Shown: positions 41,795 through 51,299 of the stretch, piece by piece | How positions within the stretch are numbered: position 1 is the stretch's first letter | Layout of the letters: each line of letters starts with the position of its first letter | Source: Cenarchaeum sp. | GTDB taxonomy: Archaea > Thermoproteota > Nitrososphaeria > Nitrososphaerales > Nitrosopumilaceae | Assembly (NCBI GenBank): GCA_965242695.1 | Contig: CBDESU010000001.1 | Coordinates: forward strand, 640,001-704,000 | Direction of reading: 5' to 3' | DNA length: 64,000 bases | The notes under the pieces: model-generated | What the model saw: only the letters and a program-made list of their open reading frames with translations | Told to the model about the DNA's origin: nothing | Databases searched by the model: none | Made by a program: the position numbers and the translations under genes

Positions 41795-42518
41795 TCTTCA
41801 CCAGCTCGTACCCGTCCGGGGGACAGTTGCCCCTCATCATGGACACCGTCTCGGCGGACGACAGCCCTGGCCCTAGCTCCCCGAACAGATCGTCGATGCA
41901 CTTTGGCTCGGGCGGAAATACCGGATCGACGCCGGCGGCCACTCTAGAAGCCCGCACTTTTTCAACATCCTCCTTCCTCACATCCCTGCAGATTCTGCCC
42001 TTGTACAACGTGTCGAGCTTTGGCAGGCCCGATCCGGGAGGGTCGGCCGCCCTCAGCCTCGTCCGCAGCGCGTCCGCCTTGGCCCTGAACGCGGCGATTC
42101 TCCCCCTCAGCTTCTCCAAGTCTCCGACCGGCTCGCCGTCCCCGCCGCCCCTGTACGACACGGCCGTGTCGTACAGGACGGCCCTCGCCTCCCTGTACGC
42201 AATGGTGGTGAGGTGCAGAGCCCCGTCATCTACCGGCCTACCCACGATATCGGACATGTCGGCAAAGATGTCCGCCAAGAGGGATGCCATTCTCACGCCC
42301 ATATGGTATCCGGACCTCGACGACACCTCCCCCATCCGGGCGGCGATCCTGCCGCACTTTTCCATGTCGAGCAGGCCCAGCGGATCGATGAGCGACACGA
42401 ACAGCTCCCGGAACTCGGACTTGCTGTCGACCGTCGCCACCGCAACTGCGCCGCTTCTGCGGCGCCCTTGATCAGCCGTTCTTGCCACCTTCTGCCTCTG
42501 CCCATGCGCCGCCTGCAC
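41778..42518 (-). CDS. PIN-partner protein, unit 2
   Basis: 246-aa paralog. Confidence 0.65.
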   Translation of the reverse strand: MQAAHGQRQKVARTADQGRRRSGAVAVATVDSKSEFRELFVSLIDPLGLLDMEKCGRIAARMGEVSSRSGYHMGVRMASLLADIFADMSDIVGRPVDDGALHLTTIAYREARAVLYDTAVSYRGGGDGEPVGDLEKLRGRIAAFRAKADALRTRLRAADPPGSGLPKLDTLYKGRICRDVRKEDVEKVRASRVAAGVDPVFPPEPKCIDDLFGELGPGLSSAETVSMMRGNCPPDGYELVKIDDAK

Positions 42519-42908
42519 GACACCGTGGGCCTATGCTCCCGCTATTAGCGATTTGCCCTGCACCGCAGGCGGAGCAGGCGCGGCAGGCAGGGGCGCCCGC
42601 CGCCCGCGCAGCCGCCGCGTGCCGGATATGTGCCGGACTGCATGCCGGCCCGCGCGGCCTCCGATCGCACTCGGGCCTTGCGGCCGTCCTGCGGCTGGCT
42701 ATCCGCGGGGATTAGGAGGGCCGCTCGCCGCCGTTTCAGCCGCCGAGCAGGTCGATGAGCGGCCCGCCCGTCAGCTGCACCCTGATGTGCCCGAACTTGT
42801 CGTCGTTGCCCTCGATGTCGGCGAACGCCGCATCAGACGTGATGATCACGGAGGCGCCCGCGTCCTCGGCGAATGCGTAGTGTACCAGGTCGTATCTATG
42901 AGCTACCC

Positions 42909-42916
42909 TTTATAAA
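42909..42916 (-). promoter_or_regulatory. TATA box (TTTATAAA) at the IS end; predicted circle-junction promoter
   Basis: After joining the IS ends it would lie 21 nt upstream of GTG 44814, a spacing like other genes in the window. Confidence 0.6.
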
Positions 42917-43009
42917 GAAAACCGGCCCCGGCCGCCCCTAGGCGTGGTTTTTCACGCATCCGGGCAGAGCCTCCCCTAGGGTGTCGTGTCCCTCTCGGCG
43001 TCCAATGCG

Positions 43010-43140
43010 GTATATGGATCGGACATTTATCTATCCGGGGACGAACCCCACTACCGTCTTCATCCATTTGCCAGGGTCACGGCATTTACACACACGGGGA
43101 CTAACCCCATACAGGCACTCGCCGACGAGACCCTGACCAT
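43010..43140 (-). ncRNA. Putative bridge/seek RNA with two internal guide loops
   Basis: Stems CAGGGTC/GACCCTG and ATGGAT/ATCCAT each enclose a GGGG-N5-CCCC hairpin; loop segments match the predicted donor junction and the PIN target. Confidence 0.7.
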
Positions 43141-43146
43141 GATGCA

Positions 43147-44814
43147 TCACGCTGCCCTCGCGGGCGCAGATGCGGCCGCGGCCTTGCGCCGGCAGCCCTT
43201 GAACTGCGCACTCCCCTCCGCCATGCAGTTGACAAAGGTGAGGTTCTTCTTGAGCATCCAAAAGACGATGCGGAGCAGCTTGTTCACCGCCGCTATCATG
43301 GCCTTCTTTGCGGGCATCCTCTCGCACAGCCTCTCGTAGTACCTCGTGATGTCCGAGTCGACGTGCCCGACGTGCACAAGCACGGCCTCGCACAGTATCC
43401 ACCTGACGATCTTGCTTCCCGTCTTGGTTATGCGCCCGTGCTTTACAATGTCGGCAGAGCTCCTGTCCGACGGGACCAGCCCAAAGTACGGCGCCAGGGC
43501 GTACGGGCTGCTAAACCGCTCTATGGGGCCTATCCATGCCGCCAGGGCAAGCGCGATGAAGTTGCCAAAGCCCGGAAAGGACAAGAGTAGCTGCGCGGCG
43601 GGGTTGGCCGCCACCATGTCCCTTATCCGCAGGTCGGTCTTTATCACCTGGTCGTCGATGCCCGAGATCATGTCCAGGCACTGGTTGATCCTCCACTCGC
43701 CGAGCCTGCGGAGGTTCGAGACGAACGTGTCCGACCACTTTGCCCCCTCGACCTTGATGGCCTTTTGCAGAAGGATGGCCTGGATGAACACCTTGTACTT
43801 TGCCCTCGCCCGCGTCAGGCGGGCCCTGTGCGACGTGGCCTCCCTCTCCTTCACCGTCTTGTCGTCTGGGACGTAGCACGGGGGGATGCTCTTTATGCGC
43901 AGCAACTCGGCAAGATTCCTGGCATCGACCCTGTCGTTCTTGTTCTTGGACTTGGCGATCAGCGCAGTCTGCAGCGGGTTTGACAGGATCATGTCGAATC
44001 CCATCGCCTCTATGAACCGGTAGACCGCGTACCACACCGACGACGACTCGACAACGCACCTGGTCCTGTCGGGCGGCAGCCCCGCGAAGTACGACCTGAT
44101 GGCATCGAAGCTGTTGATGATTTTGGCCTCCTCTACGATCGTCCCAGCCTCGTCGGATACGGCGATCTGCAGCGTGCGCTTGTGCAGGTCTACCCCCACG
44201 TAGAACATTCCCTCCGACACAGCCGTTCTCTCCATTTCAGCGACCTCCTTTGCCGTCAGGGCCCTGGTGCTTTTCCTGGCCGCTGCCCGCGCCCTTTCCC
44301 CCTTTGCCACAATCCTTTTCTTCATGCCACTGACATTCCGTGACGCCGCGGAACTGCCGCCCCTCTTGGGCTTGGCCGAGGGCCGAGGCTTGGGCTTGGC
44401 CGCTGCCCGCGCCCTTTCCCCCTTTGCCACAATCCTTTTCTTCATGCCACTGACATTCCGTGACGCCGCGGAACTGCCGCCCCTCTTGGGCTTGGCCGAG
44501 GGCCGAGGCTTGGGCTTGGCCGCTGCCCGCGCCCTTTCCCCCTTTGCCACAATCCTTTTCTTCATGCCACTGACATTCCGTGACGCCGCGGAACTGCCGC
44601 CCCTCTTGGGCTTGGCCGAGGGCCGAGGCTTGGGCTTGGCCGAGGGCCGAGGCTTGGGCTTGGCCGCTGCCCGCGGCCTTGCTTCCGTACCTGTGCGTCG
44701 TTGCACGGCCGCGCCCTCGCGGGGGGCCATGTGTATCTTTGCGACGTCGGCCTCGCCGTTCCCAGCGCCCGACTTGGCACGCCCACCGTCTGAATTGCGT
44801 TTCTGGCCCCTCAC
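43147..44814 (-). CDS. IS110-family DEDD transposase/recombinase with a basic repeat-rich N-terminal extension
   Basis: YVGVDLHK, VVESS, KNDRVDA (DEDD); FPGFG..GLVPSDRSS..GRITKTG C-terminal domain. Confidence 0.93.
   Translation of the reverse strand: MRGQKRNSDGGRAKSGAGNGEADVAKIHMAPREGAAVQRRTGTEARPRAAAKPKPRPSAKPKPRPSAKPKRGGSSAASRNVSGMKKRIVAKGERARAAAKPKPRPSAKPKRGGSSAASRNVSGMKKRIVAKGERARAAAKPKPRPSAKPKRGGSSAASRNVSGMKKRIVAKGERARAAARKSTRALTAKEVAEMERTAVSEGMFYVGVDLHKRTLQIAVSDEAGTIVEEAKIINSFDAIRSYFAGLPPDRTRCVVESSSVWYAVYRFIEAMGFDMILSNPLQTALIAKSKNKNDRVDARNLAELLRIKSIPPCYVPDDKTVKEREATSHRARLTRARAKYKVFIQAILLQKAIKVEGAKWSDTFVSNLRRLGEWRINQCLDMISGIDDQVIKTDLRIRDMVAANPAAQLLLSFPGFGNFIALALAAWIGPIERFSSPYALAPYFGLVPSDRSSADIVKHGRITKTGSKIVRWILCEAVLVHVGHVDSDITRYYERLCERMPAKKAMIAAVNKLLRIVFWMLKKNLTFVNCMAEGSAQFKGCRRKAAAASAPARAA
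44281..44664. repeat. Three identical 120-bp tandem repeats plus a 24-bp duplication in the transposase 5' region
   Basis: 44281-44400, 44401-44520 and 44521-44640 are identical. Confidence 0.95.
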
Positions 44815-45227
44815 ACGGTTACATCCTGCCGCCGTCGTCCACCGCGCACCCCTTGTGATCTAGCGCATTGTCGCACATGCCTGCAAAGTCGAGTGGCAGT
44901 CTTTTTTGCTTCATAATCTTTAGTATGCCCTGCTTGGACATGTCATCTGCAACCTTGAACATATGGTAAACGGCTGCATCTGCGCTAGCATCCACGGCCG
45001 CCCGCTCCTCTTCGCTCCCCGACCGGCGCTTGTGCGATGTTGTGACTTTCTTGCGGACTGCGCCGATCGCCTCCAACATGACAGGATGCGATATGACCAG
45101 GTCGCATCCAGTACGCACAGCCGCATCGAACACCCTGATCGCATCGTCGTGGTGCATGTCCTAGGCGATCGTCGCCGCCATGAAGGAGCTGGTGTCGACA
45201 TAGCCGATAATGTCGCCCACCGCGACG

Positions 45228-45974
45228 TCACTTGCCGCTGCCAATCTTGACCATCTCGTACCCTTCGGGGGGCCACTTCCCTCTCTCCATGGCTACCATG
45301 TCGGCCGCCGACAGCCCGCCCCTAAATTCCTCAAATACCTCGTCAAGGCACTTCACCCCTGGAGGAAATATCGGGTCCTCGCCGGCGGCCACGTGATGCG
45401 CGCGTATCTCTTCAATGTCCTCCCTGACGACGTCCCTGCAGACTTTGCCCTTGTACAATGTGTCAAACTTGCGCAGGCCCGATCCGGGCGGATCTGCCGC
45501 CCTCAGCCTCGCGCGCCTTGCGTCGGCCTCTGACCTGAGCACGGCAATCTTCCTCCCAAGCTCCTCCAGGCCGCCGACCGGCTCGTCGTCCCCGCCGCCC
45601 CTGTACGACACGGCCGTGTCGTACAGGGCGGCCCTCATCTCCCTGTAGGCAACGGTGGTCTGGTGCAGCGCCCCGTCCTCGACCGGCCTGTCCACGATGT
45701 CGGCCGCGTCGGCAAAGATGCCTGACAGGAGGGACGACATCCTCACGCCCGCGTGGTATCCGGACCTCGACGACACCTCCCCCATCCGGGCGGCGATCCT
45801 GCCGCACTTTTCCATGTCTAGCAGTTCTGCAGGATCGATGAGCGACACGAACAGCTCCCTGAACTCGGCCCTGCCGTCAGTTGTCGCCTTTGAAGCTGTT
45901 CCTGCGCCGACCCTGCGGCGCCCGCGGCGGGCCGCCACCTTGACCTTCTGCTTCTGTCCCTGAGCCACCTGCAC
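45228..45974 (-). CDS. PIN-partner protein, unit 3
   Basis: Paralog with the most divergent C-terminus (EVFEEFRGGLSAADMVAMERG). Confidence 0.65.
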   Translation of the reverse strand: MQVAQGQKQKVKVAARRGRRRVGAGTASKATTDGRAEFRELFVSLIDPAELLDMEKCGRIAARMGEVSSRSGYHAGVRMSSLLSGIFADAADIVDRPVEDGALHQTTVAYREMRAALYDTAVSYRGGGDDEPVGGLEELGRKIAVLRSEADARRARLRAADPPGSGLRKFDTLYKGKVCRDVVREDIEEIRAHHVAAGEDPIFPPGVKCLDEVFEEFRGGLSAADMVAMERGKWPPEGYEMVKIGSGK

Positions 45975-46176
45975 GATTCCGGGGCCATACGCACCCGCTA
46001 TTAGCGATTTGCCCTGCGCCGCTGGCGGCGCGGGCCGGCCGGCAGGGGCCAGCTGCCCGCGCAGCCGCCGCATGCCGGATATGTGCCGAACTGCATGCCG
46101 GCCCGCGCGGCCTGCCAACCGCACTCGGGCCTTGCGGGGCGCTTGCGGCCGCCCTGAGGCTGGCCATCCGCGGGGA

Positions 46177-46824
46177 TTAGGAGGGCTGTTCTCCGCCACC
46201 GTCCCCGCCGAGCAGGTCGATGAGCGGCCCGCCCGTCAGCTGCACCCTGATGTGCCCAAATTCGTTGTCGTTGCCCTCGATGTCGGCGAACGCCGCGTCC
46301 GACGTGATGATCACGGAGGCGCCCGCGCCCTCGGCAGACGCGTAGTGGATCAGGTCGAACGGCCCGATCCCCCTGTGCCTGCACGCTCGGTTATCGGCGA
46401 CGTACACCGCGTGACCGCTGTGCACAAGAGCCTTGCCGCACAGCCCGAAATAGTCGTGCGGCTTTTCGACCGCCACGATCTTTAGAACGCCCCGACGGAC
46501 CATGTCGTATATGATTTTGATCGCGCGGGCGACGGCAGCATCGGCGCTCGCCTCCACGCCCGCACGCTCCTCCTCGCTCCCCGACTGGCGCTTGTGCGAC
46601 GTTATGACCTTCTTGCGGACGGCCCCGATCAACTCCAGTATGACGGCGTGCGTGGTGATCAGGCGGCAGCCGCTGCGCACCGCCGCATCTAGCACCCTGA
46701 CCGCATCGGCATGGTGGATGTCCTCCAACACCGACACGGCCACAAACGCGCTGGTCTCGCCAAAGACGTCGATGGCGACAAGTGCATCGATGTCGACCTC
46801 AATATCGTCACTTGGCGTCGTCAA
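46177..46824 (-). CDS. PIN-domain protein, unit 4
   Basis: Paralog, closest to unit 2. Confidence 0.8.
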   Translation of the reverse strand: MTTPSDDIEVDIDALVAIDVFGETSAFVAVSVLEDIHHADAVRVLDAAVRSGCRLITTHAVILELIGAVRKKVITSHKRQSGSEEERAGVEASADAAVARAIKIIYDMVRRGVLKIVAVEKPHDYFGLCGKALVHSGHAVYVADNRACRHRGIGPFDLIHYASAEGAGASVIITSDAAFADIEGNDNEFGHIRVQLTGGPLIDLLGGDGGGEQPS

Positions 46825-47548
46825 TCTTCACCAACTCGTACCCGTCCGGGGGACAGTTGCCCCTCATCATGGACACCGTCTCGGCGGACGACAGCCCAGG
46901 CCCGAGCTCCCCGAACAGATCGTCGATGCACTTTGGCTCGGGTGGAAATATTGGATCCTCGCCGGCGGCCTTAAACCACGCGCGCACTTCTTCAATGTCT
47001 TCCCTTGCGACATCCCTGCAGATTCTGCCCTTGTACCACGTGTCGATCTTTGGCAGGCCCGATCCGGGCGGGTCGGCCGCCCTCAATCTCGCCCGCAGCG
47101 CGTCCGCCTTGGCCCTGATCGCGGCGATTTTTCCCCTCAGCTTCTCCAAGTCGCCGACCGGCTCGCCGTCCCCGCCGCCCCTGTACGACACGGCCGTGCC
47201 ATACAGGACTGCCATCGCCTCCCTGTACGCAACGGTGGTGAGGTGCAGCGCCCCGTCCTCTACCGGCCTGCCCACAATGTCGGCCGCATCTGCAAAGATG
47301 TCTGCCAGGAGGGATGCCATCCTCACGCCCATATGGTATCCGGACCTCGACGACACCTCCCCCATCCGGGCGGCGATCCTGCCGCACTTTTCCATGTCGT
47401 GCAGGCCGAGCGGATCGATGAGCGACACGAACATCTCCCTGAACTCGGACTTGCTGTCGACCGTCGCCACCGCACCTGCGCCGCTTCTGCGGCGCCCTTG
47501 ACCAGCCGTTCTTGCCACCTTCTGCCTCTGCCCACGCGCTGCCTGCAC
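46808..47548 (-). CDS. PIN-partner protein, unit 4
   Basis: 246-aa paralog. Confidence 0.65.
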   Translation of the reverse strand: MQAARGQRQKVARTAGQGRRRSGAGAVATVDSKSEFREMFVSLIDPLGLHDMEKCGRIAARMGEVSSRSGYHMGVRMASLLADIFADAADIVGRPVEDGALHLTTVAYREAMAVLYGTAVSYRGGGDGEPVGDLEKLRGKIAAIRAKADALRARLRAADPPGSGLPKIDTWYKGRICRDVAREDIEEVRAWFKAAGEDPIFPPEPKCIDDLFGELGPGLSSAETVSMMRGNCPPDGYELVKIDDAK

Positions 47549-47873
47549 GACACCGTGGGCCTATGCTCCCGCTATTAGCGATTTGCCCTGCGCCGCAGGC
47601 GGCAAAGGCGCGGCAGGCAGGGCCGCCCGCCGCCCGCGCCGCGCCGCCGCATGCCGCGCCCCGCACTGCGCAATCCCTCCGCCGCGCCCCGCACGGGCGC
47701 ATGCGGGCGCCGGACGGCCCCCGTCGGCGCCGCCCATATCCCCTGCGCGGGACCCGGCGCGGCGGCCGGCATGCGGGGGCCCAGCCGCCCGCAGGGGCGC
47801 GGAACGCGCCCGCGCCGCCCCCGATCCGTTTATCAGTGGGCGCCCCGCCCCGCCCGCCGGGCGGCGGCGCGCG

Positions 47874-48830
47874 ATGGAGATCATGGGGAGGGGCATACGG
47901 CAGATACTCGCCGAGTCGCCCCTGTACTTCCGCATCGGGACAAAGTTCGCCGCGTACCGCCTGCTCAACCGCCGCAGCCCCCTGTACGGCTCGGCCGACA
48001 TCATCAACGTGTGCAACCTCCACTGCGAGCACTGCTACTGGTGGCTCAACCGCAAGGAGGGCGAGGAGCTGACGGTCGAGCAGTGGAAGGAGGTGATCGA
48101 CGAAAAGTTCAAGAAGAACCACGTGTTCATCGTGACCGTCGTCGGCGGCGAGCCGATGATGCGCCCCGACGTCGTCGAGCTGTTCGTGCGCGAGTTCCCG
48201 AAGCGGGCGTGCGTCGTGACGAACGGGACGCACCCCATACCGCGCCTAAAGGACATCTACTTCTACTGGGTGTCCATCGACGGGTCCGAGGAGGTGCACG
48301 ACCGCATACGCGGCAAGGGGGCGTGGGCCAAGACGCGCCGCAACGTGCTGGACTACGTCGAGGGGGGAGGGCCGGGCGCGCGCAAGGACATCTGGATTAC
48401 GATGACGATAAACTCGCTCAACTACGGGACGATCGGCCGCGTGATCGACGACTGGCGCGCGCACTCGAACAAGATTGGCTTCCAGTTCCACACGCCGTTC
48501 GCAAAGGGCGACCCGCTGTGGCTGCCGTTCGGCGCCGAGCGCGACGCCGTGATCGACGAGCTCGTCGGCATGCGCACGGGCAGGCACCGCGACTACATCG
48601 TAAACCCCGTAAAGCAGCTAGAGGTGATGCGGCGCAGCTGGGGCGGCAAGGGGACGACGCCGGTCGACTGCCCGACGTGGGCCATCGTGTCCGTCGACCA
48701 CATGGGCCGCGAAAAGGCGCCGTGCTGCATCGGCAGCGCCGAGGGGTCGGGCGGAACGATGAAGCCGCGGTGCGAAGAGTGCGGGCTCGGCTGCTACTCG
48801 GTCCTGCTCGGGTACGGCATGCGCGGCTAG
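47874..48830 (+). CDS. Radical SAM protein
   Basis: CNLHCEHC, GGEP, VTNG and VSIDG motifs; C-terminal Cys cluster. Confidence 0.9.
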   Translation: MEIMGRGIRQILAESPLYFRIGTKFAAYRLLNRRSPLYGSADIINVCNLHCEHCYWWLNRKEGEELTVEQWKEVIDEKFKKNHVFIVTVVGGEPMMRPDVVELFVREFPKRACVVTNGTHPIPRLKDIYFYWVSIDGSEEVHDRIRGKGAWAKTRRNVLDYVEGGGPGARKDIWITMTINSLNYGTIGRVIDDWRAHSNKIGFQFHTPFAKGDPLWLPFGAERDAVIDELVGMRTGRHRDYIVNPVKQLEVMRRSWGGKGTTPVDCPTWAIVSVDHMGREKAPCCIGSAEGSGGTMKPRCEECGLGCYSVLLGYGMRG

Positions 48831-49288
48831 CCTGCGTTTTCCCGGGCGGGCCGGACGGGCAGCGTCCGGCCGGGCCGCGCAAAGAGCCCCGCCGACCTGG
48901 ATATTGCCGACGACGGGCCGCCGCGGCAGCCGCAGGCCGGCGCGGATCCCTGATCGCGGCTGTTATCGCCCGCACCGCAGCTGCGCGCCGGCCGGGCCAG
49001 CGCGCCGGCGTGCGGCCTGGAGCGGCACGACGCGACGGCCCTGGCCAGGGGCAGCAGGGCCGAGCGGCCGCCGTACGCGGCGGAATCCTCGAGGACCCAG
49101 AACATGTCGAGGGCCGCGTCCCCTCCGAGCGCGGCATCGCGCAGCCGCCTGCCGAGCTCGGTGTGGTGGCCGACAAGCGGTATGCGCCCGCCGGACAGCG
49201 ATCCGACGGCGGCCGCAAACGACGTGCACGGGCCGCAGAGGTCGTCGTAGACCACGAGCGGCGGCTCGGCGCCGGGGACGGCCCCCAT
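48827..49288 (-). CDS. DCC1/DUF393-like thiol-disulfide oxidoreductase
   Basis: LVVYDDLCGPC N-terminal DxxCxxC motif. Confidence 0.75.
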   Translation of the reverse strand: MGAVPGAEPPLVVYDDLCGPCTSFAAAVGSLSGGRIPLVGHHTELGRRLRDAALGGDAALDMFWVLEDSAAYGGRSALLPLARAVASCRSRPHAGALARPARSCGAGDNSRDQGSAPACGCRGGPSSAISRSAGLFARPGRTLPVRPARENAG

Positions 49289-49373
49289 GCGGGACGTGCG
49301 CGAGCGCCCGTTAAGTGCGTTGCCGGCGCCGCCCCTACGATGATATACGCGCCCCGCGCGGCGCGCCGCAGCG

Positions 49374-49616
49374 ATGGGGCAGAAGCGAAAGGCGGCCATA
49401 CTGGCCGGCATTGCGGCTACGGCGGCACTCGTGGCCGCCGCGGCGGCCCTCGGGGGGTCGGCGCCGCCGCCGCTCGTGGACGACGTGGATGCCAAGCACG
49501 GCGCGATCGTCGACGTCGGAATAGCGCCCGACGACTCTCCGAACGCGAGCGACGCGTCCAGGGAGGTAAAGCACTACGTCGTAACCGTGTCGGACTCACC
49601 CGACCTGGATCCGTGA
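49374..49616 (+). CDS. Small membrane-anchored hypothetical protein
   Basis: N-terminal basic residues plus a hydrophobic helix; C-terminal KHYVVTVSDSP. Confidence 0.6.
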   Translation: MGQKRKAAILAGIAATAALVAAAAALGGSAPPPLVDDVDAKHGAIVDVGIAPDDSPNASDASREVKHYVVTVSDSPDLDP

Positions 49617-49849
49617 CGCGGCGGCCCGCGCCGGCCCGCCTGCGCGCCACGTCCCCTGCCGAGGGCCCCTCGGCGATGCCTCCTGCTCCGCCGCCTGCCG
49701 GGGCGGGCCCCGGCGCAAGGTGCGGCCCCTCCCTGCCGGCCCAAGCGCGATGCCTCCTCCGCCCCGGCCCTGGCCGCGCACCGCCCCCTCGCGAGGCGCC
49801 ATGCGGCGGCCGGCGCGCGGCCGAGGGAAAACAAGAGAGTCTGCTGGGG

Positions 49850-51124
49850 TTACTGCACGCGCAGTATTCCCTGCGATATGAGGTACTGCAGCGAGTTTAT
49901 GTACTCGGCATCCGACACCATTCCGTCGGCCCACCACCGGGCGGTCTGCTTTATCCACTCGGGGATGGCGGCCGCACCGCCGCCGCCGCCCTCCTGCTCG
50001 GGCGCGTCCCAGAGGACCTCGCCGTCGTACGTGGCCCTCTGCAGGCCGGCCTGGCCTATGGCCACGACCTTGTCCGAGAGGGGCACGTACAGGAGGTCGG
50101 GCGCGAACGCCTGCCCCTCGGTGAGCATCCAGTTGATCAGGTGCACTACGGCCTTTGCCTCTTCCCTCGAGTCGGCCACGCCGCTCATCTCCTCGTAGAG
50201 GAGCAGGTACGTGAACGTTGCCATCGGGTAAGAGTCGGGCCCCGGCGCGTTGACCATCGTGACCGCGCTCCAGTCGCCCTCGGCGGCCGGAAGGCCGCTG
50301 TCTGCGAGCCCGCCGGACGCGGCCGCGAGCGACTCGAGGGTCGGCTCGACGAACCCTGTGCCGTCGCCGTTCTCGACGTGGGCGTAGTTGATGCCGGACT
50401 TGAACGCGTACGCGAGCTCGATGTAGCCGATCGCATAGTCCGACGTCTTTACGACGCCGGCGACGCCCTCGTTGCCGGCGGCCCCGCGGCCGGCCGGCCA
50501 CTGCACGCTCTTGCCCTTGCCGACCTCTTCGTCAAAGCCGGCGCTGACCGTCGTGAGATAGTCGGTGAATACGAACGTCGTGCCCGACCCGTCCGAGCGG
50601 TACACCGTAGTGATGGCCCTGTCCGGCAGGTCTGTGCCGGGGTTGAGCTCCCGTATGCGCTCGTCGTCCCAGCGGTCGATCTTGCCGAGGAATATGTCGG
50701 CGATCACGCCGCCGGTGAGCCTCAGCCCGTTCTCGCGGAACTCGGGCAGGTTGTAGGCGACGACGACGCCGCCGATCGTCTCGGGGATGTGCAGCGTGCC
50801 GGGGGCCTGCTCGGCCTCGGACGCCTTGAGCGGCTTGTCCGAGGCGGCGAACGAGACCGTCCGTTCTATGTGCTGCTTGATGCCGCCGCCGCTGCCGATC
50901 GACTGGTAGTTGAGGTTTACGTTGTCGTAGAGGCTGTTGTACTCGACGCGCCACAGGTCGATCAGCGGGAACGGGAACGATGCCCCGGCCCCGTTGATCG
51001 CAAAGGTGGCGCCCGCGTCTGGCTCGTCGGGGGCGCCGGCGGACTGCGCGTGGGCCGCAGCGGGCGGCAGCGCGGCCAGCAGGGCCCCGACCAGGAGGAG
51101 GCTTGCCGTCTTTGTCCTTGTCAT
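49850..51124 (-). CDS. pstS: Phosphate ABC transporter substrate-binding protein
   Basis: GAGASFP, YQSIGSGGG, RSDGSGTT; C-terminal IPEWIK..A.WWADG domain. Confidence 0.95.
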   Translation of the reverse strand: MTRTKTASLLLVGALLAALPPAAAHAQSAGAPDEPDAGATFAINGAGASFPFPLIDLWRVEYNSLYDNVNLNYQSIGSGGGIKQHIERTVSFAASDKPLKASEAEQAPGTLHIPETIGGVVVAYNLPEFRENGLRLTGGVIADIFLGKIDRWDDERIRELNPGTDLPDRAITTVYRSDGSGTTFVFTDYLTTVSAGFDEEVGKGKSVQWPAGRGAAGNEGVAGVVKTSDYAIGYIELAYAFKSGINYAHVENGDGTGFVEPTLESLAAASGGLADSGLPAAEGDWSAVTMVNAPGPDSYPMATFTYLLLYEEMSGVADSREEAKAVVHLINWMLTEGQAFAPDLLYVPLSDKVVAIGQAGLQRATYDGEVLWDAPEQEGGGGGAAAIPEWIKQTARWWADGMVSDAEYINSLQYLISQGILRVQ

Positions 51125-51299
51125 TGCCGGCGCGGCGGCTGGGCCGTATATGGCGCCGCCGGGTGTAGATTACGGGCCTGCGCATAGGCACCGTTTCGCT
51201 ATATGCCCCTATTGTCGGCGCCGGCGCCGGGCAGTCGCCGTCCGAGCGCGCCGATGCCGCCGCGTTAGGCTTTACATAGCGCTGCCGGCGCGGCGCCGC

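Larger units (their letters stand above)
42893..44821 (-). mobile_element. IS110-family insertion sequence with long 3' non-coding end; TA core at both junctions
   Basis: PIN homology stops at TA 42893-42894 and resumes at TA 44820-44821; no long TSD; DEDD transposase inside. Confidence 0.88.
42736..45244 (-). pseudogene. PIN-domain gene, unit 3, split by an IS110 element and carrying an in-frame TAG at 45161-45163
   Basis: 5' half 45244-44820 (GYVDTSSF..*DMHHDDA..GGRM); 3' half 42894-42736 (YDLVHY..IITSDAAF). Confidence 0.85.

Noticed and set aside
47651-51187. 1178-aa ORF and other long Arg/Ala/Pro-rich ORFs (e.g. 11879..13954 and the N-terminal parts of 29961..32612 and 52348..55461)
   Set aside because: Shadow frames of high-GC genes; they overlap well-supported CDSs.
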